Below are positions 1 to 11,751 of a stretch of DNA of 32,000 nt, one piece after another. The notes under the pieces are model-generated. The model did no database searches and was not told the DNA's origin. It saw only the letters and a program-made list of their open reading frames with translations. Origin of the DNA: Mycoplasma mycoides subsp. capri (lineage in GTDB: Bacteria > Bacillota_I > Bacilli_A > Mycoplasmatales > Mycoplasmataceae); the NCBI RefSeq assembly GCF_018389705.1, contig NZ_CP065581.1, positions 120,001 through 152,000 of the forward strand, in the 5' to 3' direction. Each line of letters begins with the position of its first letter. The first letter of the stretch is position 1. The position numbers and the translations under genes are program-made.

Positions 1-1958
1 GTTCCATCAATAGCATCTAAAAGTTCTTTTTTATTAATAGTTTTTTCACCATGAACTAAAGTTGAGTGTTTTTCAATTAATTCATAAGCTGCAGTAATTT
101 GCATTTTTTCAATAACAACACTTAGATCACTTGCTTCTAAAATATCATCTCTTTGAGCATAAATAATTTCACGTTGTTGAGCTAAAATATTATCATAATC
201 TAAAACATTTTTACGTTGATCAAAATTCATTCCTTCAAGTTTTTTTTGAGCATTTGTAACTGCTCTTGTAAACATTTTAGATTTAATATAATCATCACCT
301 AAAGCTTTAAAGCGTTGTCTTGTTTTTGGTGCTGTAAATCTCATCATTAGATCATCATCCATAGAAATATAAAATCTTGATAATCCTGGATCACCTTGTC
401 TTCCAGATCTACCTCTTAACTGGTTATCAATTCTTCTAGCTTCATTTCTTTCAACACCAAATACACGCAATCCACCAAGTTCAGCCACACCTTTTGCAAG
501 TTTAATATCAGTTCCTCTTCCAGCCATATTAGTAGCTAAAGTAATAGCTCCAATTTCTCCGGCTTTTGAAACAATTTCAGCTTCTCTATCATGATTTTTA
601 GCATTAATAGTTTCAAATTTTAAATTAGCTTTTTTTAAATATCTTGCAATTTGTTCACTTGATTCAACACTAGTAGTTCCAATCAAAATTGGAGCACCTT
701 TTTCATGAGCTTCTAAAACATCTTCAACTAGTTTTTTTAAAGCAGCGTTTTTTGTTCCAAATGTTAGATCTGGTTCATCTTTTCTGATTACTGGTTTATT
801 AGTTGGAGTTTGAATAACTCTTGTATTATAAATTTTAATAAATTCTTCTTCTTCAGTTTTTGCAGTTCCAGTCATTCCAGCAATTTTTGAATATAATCTA
901 TAAAAGTTTTGATAAGTAATTGTTGCTAAAGTTACAGTTTCTTCTTCAATATCAACATTTTCTTTTGCTTGTAAAGCTTGTTGTAGTCCATCTGAATAAC
1001 TTCTTCCATGCATTATACGACCAGTAAATTGATCAATTAATAAAATTTCATTATCTCTAACTGTATATTCAACACCTTCTTTAAATGCAAATTGAGCTTT
1101 TAATGCATTCATAATTAAGTGAAAAATCTCAGTATTTTCAATAGCAAATAAGTTTTTTAAAGAAAAGAATTCATTAGCTTTTTTCATTCCTTGTTCGTTT
1201 AAATAAACTTGTTTTGATTCTAAATCAATATCTAAATCATCATGTTCTTTTAAAGTTAAAGCAAAATTATTAGCAGCTTTATATAAATTAATTCTTGTTG
1301 ATGTTCCTCCAGAAATAATTAAAGGAGTTCTTGCTTCATCTATTAAAACTGAATCAGCTTCATCAATAATACAATAGTTTAATTTTCTTTGTACTTTTAA
1401 ACTATAATCACTAACCATATTATCTCTTAGATAATCAAATCCAAGTTCAGCATTAGTTGTATAAGTAATATCTTTATTATAAGCTTCTCTTTTTTCTGTT
1501 TTAGTTAATGATGATCCATTTAACCCAACACTAATTCCTAATAAATCAAAAACTTGACCATTAATTTCACTATCTCTTTTTGATAAATATTCATTAACTG
1601 TAACAATATGAACACCTTTACCAGATAATGCGTTTAAATAAGCAGGAAAAATTCCTGTTAAAGTTTTACCTTCACCAGTTCTCATTTCAGCAATATCACC
1701 AGAATTTAAAATAATTCCACCAATTAATTGCACTTTATAAGCATTTAAACCTAAAACTCTTCTAGCTGCTTCTCTAGCTACTGCATAAACTTCAATTAAA
1801 ATATCATCTAATGATTTTCCATCTTCTAACATTTGTTTAAATTCTTGTGTTTTTAATATGAAATCTTCATCTTTTAATTGACGCATTTGTGGTTCTAAAG
1901 CAATGATTTTATCAGCAATTTTTCCAAATTTTTTTAACAGTCTTTTATCAGAAACCAT
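1..1958 (-). CDS. secA: Preprotein translocase ATPase SecA (N-terminal ~652 codons; 3' end runs off the window)
   Basis: Reverse-strand ATG at 1958-1956 preceded by GGAGGA. Translation MVSDKRLLKKFGKIADKIIALEPQMRQL...AEMRTGEGKTLT...IIDEADSVLIDEARTPLIISGG shows the SecA Walker A and DEAD-like motor motifs. Open to position 1. Confidence 0.95.
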   Translation of the reverse strand, partial: MVSDKRLLKKFGKIADKIIALEPQMRQLKDEDFILKTQEFKQMLEDGKSLDDILIEVYAVAREAARRVLGLNAYKVQLIGGIILNSGDIAEMRTGEGKTLTGIFPAYLNALSGKGVHIVTVNEYLSKRDSEINGQVFDLLGISVGLNGSSLTKTEKREAYNKDITYTTNAELGFDYLRDNMVSDYSLKVQRKLNYCIIDEADSVLIDEARTPLIISGGTSTRINLYKAANNFALTLKEHDDLDIDLESKQVYLNEQGMKKANEFFSLKNLFAIENTEIFHLIMNALKAQFAFKEGVEYTVRDNEILLIDQFTGRIMHGRSYSDGLQQALQAKENVDIEEETVTLATITYQNFYRLYSKIAGMTGTAKTEEEEFIKIYNTRVIQTPTNKPVIRKDEPDLTFGTKNAALKKLVEDVLEAHEKGAPILIGTTSVESSEQIARYLKKANLKFETINAKNHDREAEIVSKAGEIGAITLATNMAGRGTDIKLAKGVAELGGLRVFGVERNEARRIDNQLRGRSGRQGDPGLSRFYISMDDDLMMRFTAPKTRQRFKALGDDYIKSKMFTRAVTNAQKKLEGMNFDQRKNVLDYDNILAQQREIIYAQRDDILEASDLSVVIEKMQITAAYELIEKHSTLVHGEKTINKKELLDAIDG

Positions 1959-2048
1959 TAGATCCTCCCAAGAAAATAAGATTGTACAATATAATAATTA
2001 TATAGCAAATATGCATTAAACTAATGATATAGATTATAAAAATAAAGT

Positions 2049-2624
2049 ATGAAAACTATTAAAAAAGAAATTTATAAAAATGAGTTTATTATTAAAAATT
2101 CTAAGTTTATAACAATTGCTACAAATATAAATTCTAAAGATGAATTAGAAGAATTTTTAAATAAATATTCGGATATAAATGCTACTCATAATTGTTATGC
2201 TTATATGATCTATGATCAAAAATTAATTGGTGGATATAATGATGATCATGAACCAAAAAACACAGCTGGTAAACCTATTTTTAATGTCATTAGTAAAAAT
2301 AATTTAGTTAATATTGTAATTTTAGTAATTAGATATTTTGGAGGAATTAAATTAGGAGCTAGTGTTTTAACTAGAACTTATAGTAATGCTGCAAGCTTAA
2401 TTATTAAAGATTTAGAAATTATTGAAATTAAGACTTATTATCAATATTTAATTAGTTTTGATATTAAAAATTTAAAACTAGTTAATCAATGAATTAATCA
2501 AAATAATATAGAAATTATTAGTAAAGATTTTAGTTTAAATGTAGTTTTTAAAATTAGATCAACTAGTAAAATAAGTAGTTGTAATTTTTTTAAAATTATT
2601 GATTTTAAAACTATAAAAAATTAA
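2049..2624 (+). CDS. YigZ / IMPACT (UPF0029) family protein
   Basis: ORF 2049-2492 continues in frame through TGA(Trp) 2490-2492 to TAA 2622-2624. The NATHNCYAY and RYFGGIKLG motifs are typical of the YigZ N-terminal domain. Confidence 0.8.
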
Positions 2625-2699
2625 TGTTTGTAATAACAAGTTATTAAAAATTCTTACTAACTATAATGATATTATTAAAAAGTAAGGATTTTTTTAAAA

Positions 2700-3614
2700 A
2701 TGATTACTAATGAAACCAAACCAATTTTACTAATTGATGGTTATCATTTACTACATAAAGGATATTATGGTACTTTAAAAAGAACAATAGTTTCAAAAAA
2801 TAAAGATGGTATTGTGATTAATGCAATTTATTCTTTTGTAGCAAATATATTAAAATTTGTTCAATCAGATCGATATCATAGTGTAATTGTTGCTTTTGAT
2901 TTTGATGAAAATTGTTGAAGAAAAGAACTTTATTCAGAATATAAAGCAAAAAGAAAACCAACTCCCATTGATCTAGTTCCACAGCTTCAAATAGCTAGAG
3001 ATTTTTTAACTAGTGCAAATATTTCTTGATATGAAAAATATAATTATGAAGGTGATGATGTTATTGGATCAATTTGTAGAATTGCTAATAAATTAGGATA
3101 TGATGTATGTATTCTTACAAATGATAAAGATATTTACCAATTAGTAAATAATAAAACTTCTATTATTACAAATATAAGTAAAAAAGAAAAAACTAAAATT
3201 ATAAAACCACAACAAGTATATGAACACTTTTTATGTCAACCAAATCAAGTAGCTGATATTAAAGCTATTTTAGGAGATCAATCAGATAATATTAAAGGTG
3301 TTAAATATATAAAAAGAAAACAGGCTGAGAGTTTAATTAATAAATATGAGAATGTTGAAAACATTTTAAATCATATTAATGAATTAAATGAACCTTTAAA
3401 GACTATTATTTCTGAAAACAAACAACTAATTATTGATAATAAAAAGATTACTAAAATATTAACTAATGTTAAATTAGGAAGAATAAATTTTAAACCAACT
3501 AAAATTACTTATTATCGATTAATTAGATTTTTAAAAGAACAAGAAATGTATGCTTTTATAAAACCTATTAGAAGGTATTTAGAAAGAACTAATAAAAAAA
3601 CAGTGAACAAATAA
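2700..3614 (+). CDS. 5'-3' exonuclease (Pol I N-terminal / FEN-like domain protein)
   Basis: MITNETKPILLIDGYHLLHKGYYG... followed by YKAKRK, GDDVIGS, TNDKDIYQL and GDQSDNIKGV motifs. Several in-frame TGA codons. Stop TAA at 3612-3614. Confidence 0.85.
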
Positions 3615-3627
3615 GTTCACTGTTTTT
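3600..3627 (+). terminator. Rho-independent terminator after the exonuclease gene
   Basis: Perfect 9-bp stem ACAGTGAAC (3600-3608) / GTTCACTGT (3615-3623), loop AAATAA, then a T-run. It overlaps the stop codon. Confidence 0.55.
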
Positions 3628-3699
3628 AGTTATAAGTATTAGTAAATAGCTTTTTAGTAGTTTATTAAAATGCAAGTAATTAATAAGTAGTTTGCTAAT

Positions 3700-3708
3700 T
3701 GTTATAAT
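3700..3708 (+). promoter_or_regulatory. Candidate extended -10 promoter (TGtTATAAT) for the hsdMSR operon
   Basis: TGTTATAAT at 3700-3708, about 55 nt upstream of the hsdM ATG. AGGAGA RBS at 3753-3758. Confidence 0.35.
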
Positions 3709-3762
3709 TTTAAGTGACAAATATATCAGTGTAATTTTTAAAAAATATTTATAGGAGAAAAG

Positions 3763-6429
3763 ATGGGTAATAAAATAACTAAGCAAAAATTAGGTTCTAT
3801 TATTTGAGAATCAGCTAATAAATTAAGAAAGAATTTAGATGCATCTGAATATAAAGATTATGTTTTAGGATTAATTTTATATAAGTTTTTATGTGAAAGA
3901 CAAACTGAATATTTATTAAGAGATTGGTTAAAAAAAAGTGATCTAAAATATTTAGATACTAAGTTAAATTTTGAATCTATTAAAATAGAACAAGATTGTG
4001 AAATCCAATCAAAACATGATGTTAATGAGTTAAAAAATGAATGCATAGAAAATTTAGGATATTATATAGACTATAGTAATTTATTTAACTATTGATTAGA
4101 TAACAAAAGTGAGTTTAATATTCAGAGTTTTCAACAAGCTTTTAATGAATTCAACAACAATATTAATGAAAAATATAAAACTTTATTTAAAGATATTTTT
4201 ATTAAATTTGAAACCGGATTAAATAACCTTGGTAGTGATACTAAAGAAAGAACTAAAGTTATTTTAGATTTATTAGATACTATTAAAAAAATACCAACAA
4301 CAAACCAAGATTATGATGTCTTAGGATTTATTTATGAGTATTTAATTGCAAGATTTGCTTCAACTGCAGGTAAAAACGCAGGCGAATTTTATACTCCTCA
4401 TGAAGTATCTGAATTAATGTCAAAAATCATTACATTTCATTTAAAAGATAGAGAAACTATTAAAGTCTATGATCCAACTAGTGGATCTGGATCTTTACTT
4501 TTAAATATTGGTGAAGAATTTAAAAAATATAATAATAAAACTAGTCCTGTTAGTTATTATGCTCAAGAAATTAAACCTGATACTTTTAACTTGACAAGAA
4601 TGAATTTAATTATGAAAGGAATTAATCCAACTGAAATTCATGCAAGATGTGGTGATACTTTAGAACAAGACTGACCAATGTTTGAAAATAATGATATTAA
4701 TTCTTATCAACATTTAAGTGTTGATGCAGTAGTTTCAAATCCACCTTATTCTCAAAAATGAAATCCAGAAGATCATGAATTTGATTCGCGTTATAGTGAA
4801 TATGGGATTGCTCCAAAATCAAAAGCAGATTATGCGTTCTTACTTCATGATCTATATCACGTTGCTAGCAATGGAATAATGGCTATTGTTTTACCCCATG
4901 GAGTTTTATTTAGAGGTAATCAAGAAGGGGTTATTCGTAAAAGATTAATCGAGAGATCAAATATTGATACTATTATTGGACTACCATCAAATATGTTTTA
5001 TGGAACAGGTATTCCTACAATTATTATGATTTTAAAAAAATATAGAAAAGGAAATGATATTTTATTTGTTGATGCTTCTCAACTGTATATTAAAGATGAT
5101 AAAAAAAATAAATTTACAAAATCTCATATTAAAAAAATATCAGATATTGTAAATAATAGATTAGAAGTTAAAAACCTTTCAAAAAAAGTTAGTTTAAAAG
5201 AAATTGAGCAAAACGATTACAATTTAAATATTTCAAGATATATTGATAATTTCAAAAAACAAGAACAATACGATCTTTACTCATTAATGTATGGAGGAAT
5301 TAGTAATCAAGAGCTAGATAAATATCAAGATTTTTTTGATGTATTTAAAAATCTTAAAGATAAATTAATCAAACTAAATAAAAATAGCTATTATGAATTT
5401 CTAAAAGATATTGATATTAGAAAAATAATTTATGATGATATTCAAGTTAAAACTTATTTAGATAATGTTAAAGATAAATCTGAAAAATTTAAAAATTATT
5501 TTAAAACTTTAATTACTTCAATTAATGATATTAAAGATGTTAATTTAATGAAACTTGAACAACAATTAAGTGAATATGTTTTTAATAATTTTAATGATAT
5601 TTCTTTTGTTGATGTTTATGATATCTATCAAATAATTATTAATAATCTTGAACCTATTAAAGAAGATATTTGATTAATTTCTAAATACTATCTAAACAAT
5701 TTCCAATATAAAGATAATATTTGTTATGAAATTTTATTAAATGAAATAGATACCTTAGAAAAAGAAAAGAAGTCTAAATTAGTTAAGAAATGAAGTTCTA
5801 ATATATTAGATAAAACATTAATAGAAGAGACATACTTTAAAGAGACATTTGATCAAATTAGTGAGTTTGAACAACAATTAGAATTTTTAAATAGCCAATT
5901 AGAAGAAATATTTTCATCTATTAATGAAGAAGATAAAACTGATGAGATTTATGATAGTGAAAAAGAAGAGTGAAAAGAAAAAGAGATTAAAGATTTAGCT
6001 AAATCATTAATTAAATCTAAAGAAGTATTTGATCAAGATAGTTTTGAATATAATATCATCAAAGCAAATGATGTTTATGTAGAACAAGATAAGTTTAAAA
6101 AATCTAAAAATAAACTATTTAAACAATTGATTAATGATTCATACAATAAATATCTAAGTTTAAATGAAACTGAGTTTTATGATCTTTTGATAAAAAAATG
6201 ATTAGATAAAATAGTTGGTCAATTAAAACAAGTTTCAACTGATGCAATTGATAATTATGTATCTCAATTTGAAAGTTTAGAAAATAAATATAAAGACACT
6301 TTAAGTGACATTAATGATCAAATATTGGACAATGAGAGACAGTTATCAACTTTATTAAAAGACTTAAAAGGTGAAGAAAGTGATTTAAAAGCGATTCAAG
6401 AGTTAATAAGCATACTAGGGAGTGAATAA
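3763..6429 (+). CDS. hsdM: Type I restriction-modification system methyltransferase subunit HsdM (long form, 888 aa)
   Basis: ATG 3763 after an AGGAGA RBS. ORF-track pieces 4417-4674 and 4879-5673 share one frame, joined by TGA(Trp). AGEFYTPHEV, motif I DPTSGSGSLL and motif IV NPPYSQKW indicate an N6-adenine MTase. NDYNLNISRYID is the usual HsdM C-terminal signature, followed by a ~390-aa extension. TAA 6427-6429. Confidence 0.93.
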
Positions 6430-6430
6430 A

Positions 6431-7576
6431 ATGGGTGAAAAATTACTAGTTCCAAAGATTAGATTTAAGGAATTTACTAACGCTTGAGAACAGGAAAAGT
6501 TGGGTAATCTACTTATATATGAACAACCAACGAATTACATTGTTAAATCAGAAAAATATACAAAGTCAGGAATTCCTGTGTTAACCGCAGGTAAGTCATT
6601 TATATTAGGTTACACAAGAGAAAATTTTGGAATCAAATATGTAAATAATGAAAAACCTGTTTTAATATTTGATGACTTTACAACAGCAATACACTTGATT
6701 AATTTTAATTTTAAGGTAAAAAGTTCAGCTATCAAGTTGTTGTCAAATAGAAAAAATAATGATAATTTATTTTTTAACTTTTTATTAATTAAAAGCTTAA
6801 ATTTTGAACCAGAAGCTCATGAAAGACATTGAATATCAAAATTTTCTTTATTTGAAATGAAACTTCCTAAATTAACTGAAAAAATAAGAATTTCATCATT
6901 ATTTTCTAACCTAGATTCACTAATCACCCTTCATCAGCGTAAGTTAATTTTGCTAAAAAACACAAAAAATAGACTTTTTGAAAAGATGTTTTGTGATGAA
7001 AAATCAGAATTTCCAAGCATCAGATTTAAGGAATTTACTAACGCTTGAGAACAGGAAAAGTTGGGGAATTTAACTATTTTAAATCGTTTTTCTCAAATTA
7101 GTGCTGATACTCTACAAAAAATAAACGAACATAAAGGAAATATATTCCTTTTACCATCTTCAAATAACAATAATTGAAAATCTAATTACAGTGAAAAGAT
7201 ATCACATCTAATAAATAATGCAGAAATTATAACAGTTGGTAGAGCTAGAAATCCTAATCCCAAGTATGTGAATGGCCCTTTTATTTCCTCTCAAAATCAT
7301 ATTATAGAATCCAAAAGTAATGATATCGTAGCAAATAAATTTTTATATTTTTTTATTTGTAAAGTAGGTAGAACTTTTTATGGTTCTCAAAGCACATACC
7401 CAATGTTCACTAGAGTAGATTTTGAAGATACTAGATTGTTATTCCCACTTATAATTGAACAGGAAAAAATATTAAAAATTTTTAACAACCTAGATTCACT
7501 AATCACCCTTCATCAGCGTAAGCTTCTATTATTAAAAAACATAAAAAATACATTATTAGAAAAAATGTTTGTATAG
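6431..7576 (+). CDS. hsdS: Type I R-M specificity subunit HsdS (expressed copy; TRD1 'a' + TRD2 'b')
   Basis: ATG 6431 lies 1 nt after the hsdM stop, with a GGGAG RBS. ORF pieces 6500-6832, 6857-7048 and 7268-7576 are all in frame via TGA(Trp). Internal pseudo-dimer: the N-box (IRFKEFTNAWEQEKLGN) and C-box (NLDSLITLHQRKL) each occur twice, flanking two variable TRDs. Confidence 0.93.
6461..6504 (+). repeat. N-box copy A1 (44-bp direct repeat with A2); contains core CTTGAGAACAG (6483-6493)
   Basis: AGATTTAAGGAATTTACTAACGCTTGAGAACAGGAAAAGTTGGG is identical at 6461-6504 and 7022-7065. Confidence 0.9.
6483..6937 (+). repeat. Left arm of a 455-bp perfect inverted repeat (hsdS N-box core + whole TRD1 + C-box)
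   Basis: Position x pairs with 19273-x. ORF-track proteins 6500-6832(+) and 12441-12773(-) are identical, and I extended the identity by eye to 6483 and 6937. The flanking bases 6482 and 6938 mismatch. Confidence 0.9.
6908..6943 (+). repeat. C-box copy B1 (36-bp direct repeat with B2)
   Basis: AACCTAGATTCACTAATCACCCTTCATCAGCGTAAG is identical at 6908-6943 and 7487-7522. Confidence 0.9.
7022..7065 (+). repeat. N-box copy A2 (precedes TRD2); core CTTGAGAACAG at 7044-7054
   Basis: Identical to 6461-6504. The spacing of 561 bp equals 187 codons. Confidence 0.9.
7487..7522 (+). repeat. C-box copy B2 (follows TRD2)
   Basis: Identical to 6908-6943. The spacing of 579 bp equals 193 codons. Confidence 0.9.
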
Positions 7577-7584
7577 GAGAAAAT

Positions 7585-10500
7585 ATGCATTTTATTTCAG
7601 AAAAAGATTTTGAAAAAACAATAATTAATAATTTAAAAGAGTATGGATGAAAAGGATTTCCTAATAATTTAGATGATCACTTAACTAAACAAAATAACTA
7701 TAAAGTTGTTCTAACAAATCCTGATGAAAGACAACTTATCCAAAACTGAAAAAACATAATTTTTTCTAATAATAAAGACATACTAAATGGTATTGAACTT
7801 TCTTCTGATGAAATGGATCAAATTATTCAATTAGTAAATAATTGTAAATCTTTTGTTGATTCTAATACATTAATTAGTAACGAATTTATAACAATAAAAA
7901 GAACAAATAAAGATGATCAAAAAAGTTTTAATAAAGAAGTTGCATTAAGACTAATAAATAAACGTGATATTAATTCTGGATATACTACCTATCAAATTGC
8001 TCAACAAATAAGAACTGATAAATTAGAAGATAGTAAGTCTAGAAGAGGAGATTTAATGTTGTTAATCAACGGAATGCCTCTAATTCACATAGAACTAAAA
8101 AACAATACACAATCTATAGGTAATGCTGTTGCTCAATTACATAATTATTCAAGATTAGGTTTTTATAATGGTATTTTTAAACTTGTTCAAGTAATAGTTG
8201 CAATGACGCCAAATGAAATGATGTATATGCCGAATGCTGTTGATCACAAAGATATTTCTAAGGAAAGATTCTTAAAATGAACTGATGAAAATAATAAACC
8301 AATAAATGATTGAAAAACTATAGTAAAACAGTTTTTTAGAATTCCCTTTGCTCATAGATTAATAGCTGACTTTGCAATAGCTGATAGTAGTGATAATAAT
8401 TTAAAATTATTGAGAAGTTATCAAATTCATGCGGTTAATAAAATACAAAATAAATTCTTTAATAAAGAAATTTTTATTGAAAAATTGTCTAAAATAAGTC
8501 AAAAAGGTGGGTATGTTTGACATACAACAGGTAGTGGTAAAACGTTAACAAGTTTTAAATTATCAACATTATTATTAGAATGAAATCAAGCAGATACTGT
8601 TGTTTTTGTTGTGGATAGAATAGAATTAGGAACACAAACAAAAAGCGCATTTAAAAACTTTAATTCATCAGGAAAAATCTCAGTATTAGAAGCAGAATCG
8701 ACTAATGATCTAGTAGAACTACTATCTGATAATTCTTCAAGACATCAACTTATTATTACTTCTATTCATAAACAATCAAGAGCTAATCAAGAAAATTATG
8801 AAAAACAATTACAACAAATTTCTAAAAAGAAAATAGTTTTTATTTTTGATGAGGCTCACAGATCAACATTTGGAGATATGTTTAAAAACATTATTACAAG
8901 CATTCCTAATTCTGTAGTTTTTGGTTTTACTGGAACTCCTATTTTTAAGGAAAACAAAAAAGAAGATAGAACAACTGAAGATAATTTTGGTCCATTATTA
9001 CATAAATACACTATGGATGATGGTATGAATGATGGTAAAGTTTTAGGTTTTACATCTGAGTATGTTTATTTAGATAGACTATTACTTCCAACAATTGATC
9101 AATATGATAATAGATCTTCATTAAATAATAATCCTACTGAAATAGCATTTGAGAAACTTCAAAAACTTCAAAATTTAATTAAGGAAAAAGATGAACATTT
9201 ATTAAAATATGAGAAAAATCTTTATAAGTTCTTACAGTCAGACAAGAACAACAATTACAAAGAACAAGTTGTTGATGATATTTTAAAAAAATGAAGAAAT
9301 AAAAGTTGAAATAATTTTTTTAGTGCAATTTTTGCTACTTCATCTATTAAAGATGCTATCGACTACTTTGAAATATTTTCTAAAAAAGTAAATGACAAAA
9401 AAGTTCAAATTAAATTTACTGCACTTTTTGATCCATCAACTGATATTTCAGAAGAATATGACAATATTTCAAAGGGATTATTAAAGTCAGAAAAAATAAA
9501 AGAAATTATATATCAATATAACAATGACTTTAATACTAATTTTGATGCATCATCAACAAATGATTATGCTAATTTTAAAATTGATATTCAAAAAAGATTA
9601 GCTAGAAAAGATAAATATACTAATTTAGATAATAAAGAAAATAAAGATCAAAGATTAGATTTATTAATAGTAGTTAATCAATTATTAACAGGTTATGATT
9701 CTAAATATATTAATACGGTATATTTTGATAAGAAACTAGAAGATGAACATTTGATACAAGCAATTTCAAGAACTAATAGAATTTATAAAAAAGAAAAAAA
9801 ACCTTTAGGTGATGTTGTGTTTTACAATAGACCTGGTCAAATGAGATGAAATGTTGACAAAGCGCTAGTATTATATACTAATACTAATCCTGAAATGGGT
9901 GCTCCTATGAGTTTAGAATTGTTATATTCAAAAATAGATGAATCATTTACAAAAATAAAATGTCTATTTGAGCAATGAAACTATCCAAATTTTGAATCAG
10001 TTCCTAATTCTGAGCAAATAAAAAAAGATGACGCTAAACTATTTTTATCTGAATATCAAAATATAAGAACTAATTTAAGAACAGCTATTATTTTAGGTTT
10101 TGATTTTGATAATAACAAAAAAATTATAATGACAAAAGATCAATGAGAATTAATTGAATCAAGAATTAAAGATATTGATTTTTCACAATTTAAGGATTCA
10201 ATTCAAGAAGATGATGAGCTATTTTTAATATTAGAATTAGCTGATGTAGAAAACACATCTTGAACATTTGTGATTGATAATAATTATTTAAAAAAACTAT
10301 TTAATGATTATAATTACAAAAAAGAAAACAAAGAAATTACAGAAGAGTATAGAATCTGGTTTAAAAAAGAATTAGAAAATAAATTCATTATTAAATTCCC
10401 TAAAGAATATCAACAAATAGCAAGAGGATGTTTAGATTCATTAATTGGTGGCCTTAATAAAAATGTTAGTGAATTTGATTTAAAAGATGAAGTTATTAGA

Positions 10501-10773
10501 AGGGTTAGAAATAAAATATATCAAGAAATTTCTGACTTTTCTGGAGCAATGAATCTTAATACTGAAGAATTAAAAAAAATAATTGATTCAGACGATCCTA
10601 TTAATGCATATGGTAGATTTGAAGATCTATGCAAAAATGGGTTAACTGAACAAGCAAAATCAGCTATAGCAAGATATTTAGACACAAGTATAGAAGAAAT
10701 AAAACCCGGTCCGTATAAAAAAGAAATAAAAGCATTTATTAAAGAACAAAAAAAGAAGAGAATGAAAATATAA
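7585..10773 (+). CDS. hsdR: Type I R-M restriction subunit HsdR (1062 aa)
   Basis: ATG 7585 with an AGGAGA RBS overlapping the hsdS stop. ORF pieces 7813-8280, 8611-9294 and 10270-10773 share the frame. PD-(D/E)xK-like nuclease motif DLMLLINGMPLIHIELK, helicase motif I TTGSGKT and motif II FDEAHRS, later LLTGYDS. Confidence 0.93.
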
Positions 10774-10784
10774 AAAACAAAAAA

Positions 10785-10811
10785 ACGCCGCTAATAAAAG
10801 CGACGTTTTTT
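10785..10811. terminator. Hairpin terminator between convergent hsdR and the recombinase gene (possibly bidirectional)
   Basis: ACGCCGC (10785-10791) / GCGACGT (10800-10806), a 7-bp stem with one mismatch. A-run upstream and T-run 10806-10811 downstream. GC-rich in an AT-rich context. Confidence 0.5.
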
Positions 10812-10830
10812 GCGTGGGTCTTCATTTATA
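10812..10830. repeat. Left junction of the recombinase cassette: 8-bp IR arm GCGTGGGT (10812-10819) + 11-bp direct repeat CTTCATTTATA (10820-10830)
   Basis: The direct repeat abuts the recombinase stop codon (10831-10833). The partner junction is at 11761-11778. Confidence 0.75.
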
Positions 10831-11751
10831 TTAGTTTAATGTTGATATAGATCTCATAACTAGATCTATATCTTTGTTTTCTAATTCATTAATAATGTGC
10901 AAATAAATTCTTTCTGTTGTGTTCATACTAGAATGTCCTAATCTTTTTGCAACTGAAGCTATAGAAACTCCAGCATACAATAAAATAGAAGCATGAGTGT
11001 GTCTTAAACCATGAATACTAATAATTGGAATATTAGCTTTTTTACATCTTCTAGCTAATGTATCGTTTATAGTAGAGTTAAATATTTTTTCTTTAAAGAT
11101 AAAAATTGGTTTATTTTTTTCAAGATTGTTAATAAGTGAAGCAAATCTTGAAACAGTTTGTCAGTCTAGTTGTATTTTTCTTATTGAAGATTTATTTTTA
11201 GTTGGTAAAAATCCACCAGCTTCTTTATAATTTCAAGTTTTTGAAATATTTAAAAGTTGTTTTGTAAAATCAAAATCTTCAGGAGTTAGTGCAATAGCTT
11301 CAGAAAACCTCAATCCTGTTTTTGCAATTAAAAAAATTAGCCAATCAAAATTTAATTTATCCTTTAAATTTAATTGTTTTAATAGTAATTGCAATTCAAA
11401 GTTACTTAAGAATTTAATTTTTTTAGGCTTTGCTGCTTTACCTTTTATTACAACTTTTCTAGTTGGATCTTTAGTTAGTAATCCTTCATCAAATGCATCT
11501 AATAAACAACTTTTTAAATGGTGATGAAAGTCCATTGTAGTTTGTCTTTCGTGTTGTTGGGCATATTCATTAATGATCTCTTGATATGTCACTCTATCTA
11601 AATCGCACAATCTAGTAGTTGGTGCTATTTTTATGATTCAGTCTAATGTAAGCTCATATTTTTTAAAACTAACATTTCTAATAGAACCTCTTTTATATAC
11701 ATTTATTCAATTTTGAAAATATTTGTATAGCAATATATCGTCTTTTTTCAT
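10831..11751 (-). CDS. Tyrosine site-specific recombinase (phage-integrase / Xer-like family), candidate hsdS invertase
   Basis: Reverse ATG 11751-11749, stop at 10833-10831. ORF-track piece 11233-11610 extends both ways through TGA(Trp). The motifs AKTGLRFSEA (Arg I), HGLRHTHAS (H-x-x-R box II) and TTERIYLH (catalytic Tyr) fit the tyrosine recombinase family. It sits between two inverted hsdS loci. Confidence 0.9.

Noticed and set aside
3589-4046. Two minus-strand ORFs (3589-3786 and 3858-4046)
   Set aside because: They are antisense to the hsdM promoter region and 5' coding region. The sequences are hydrophobic and low-complexity as expected from AT-rich DNA, and the plus strand encodes a clear HsdM N-terminus.
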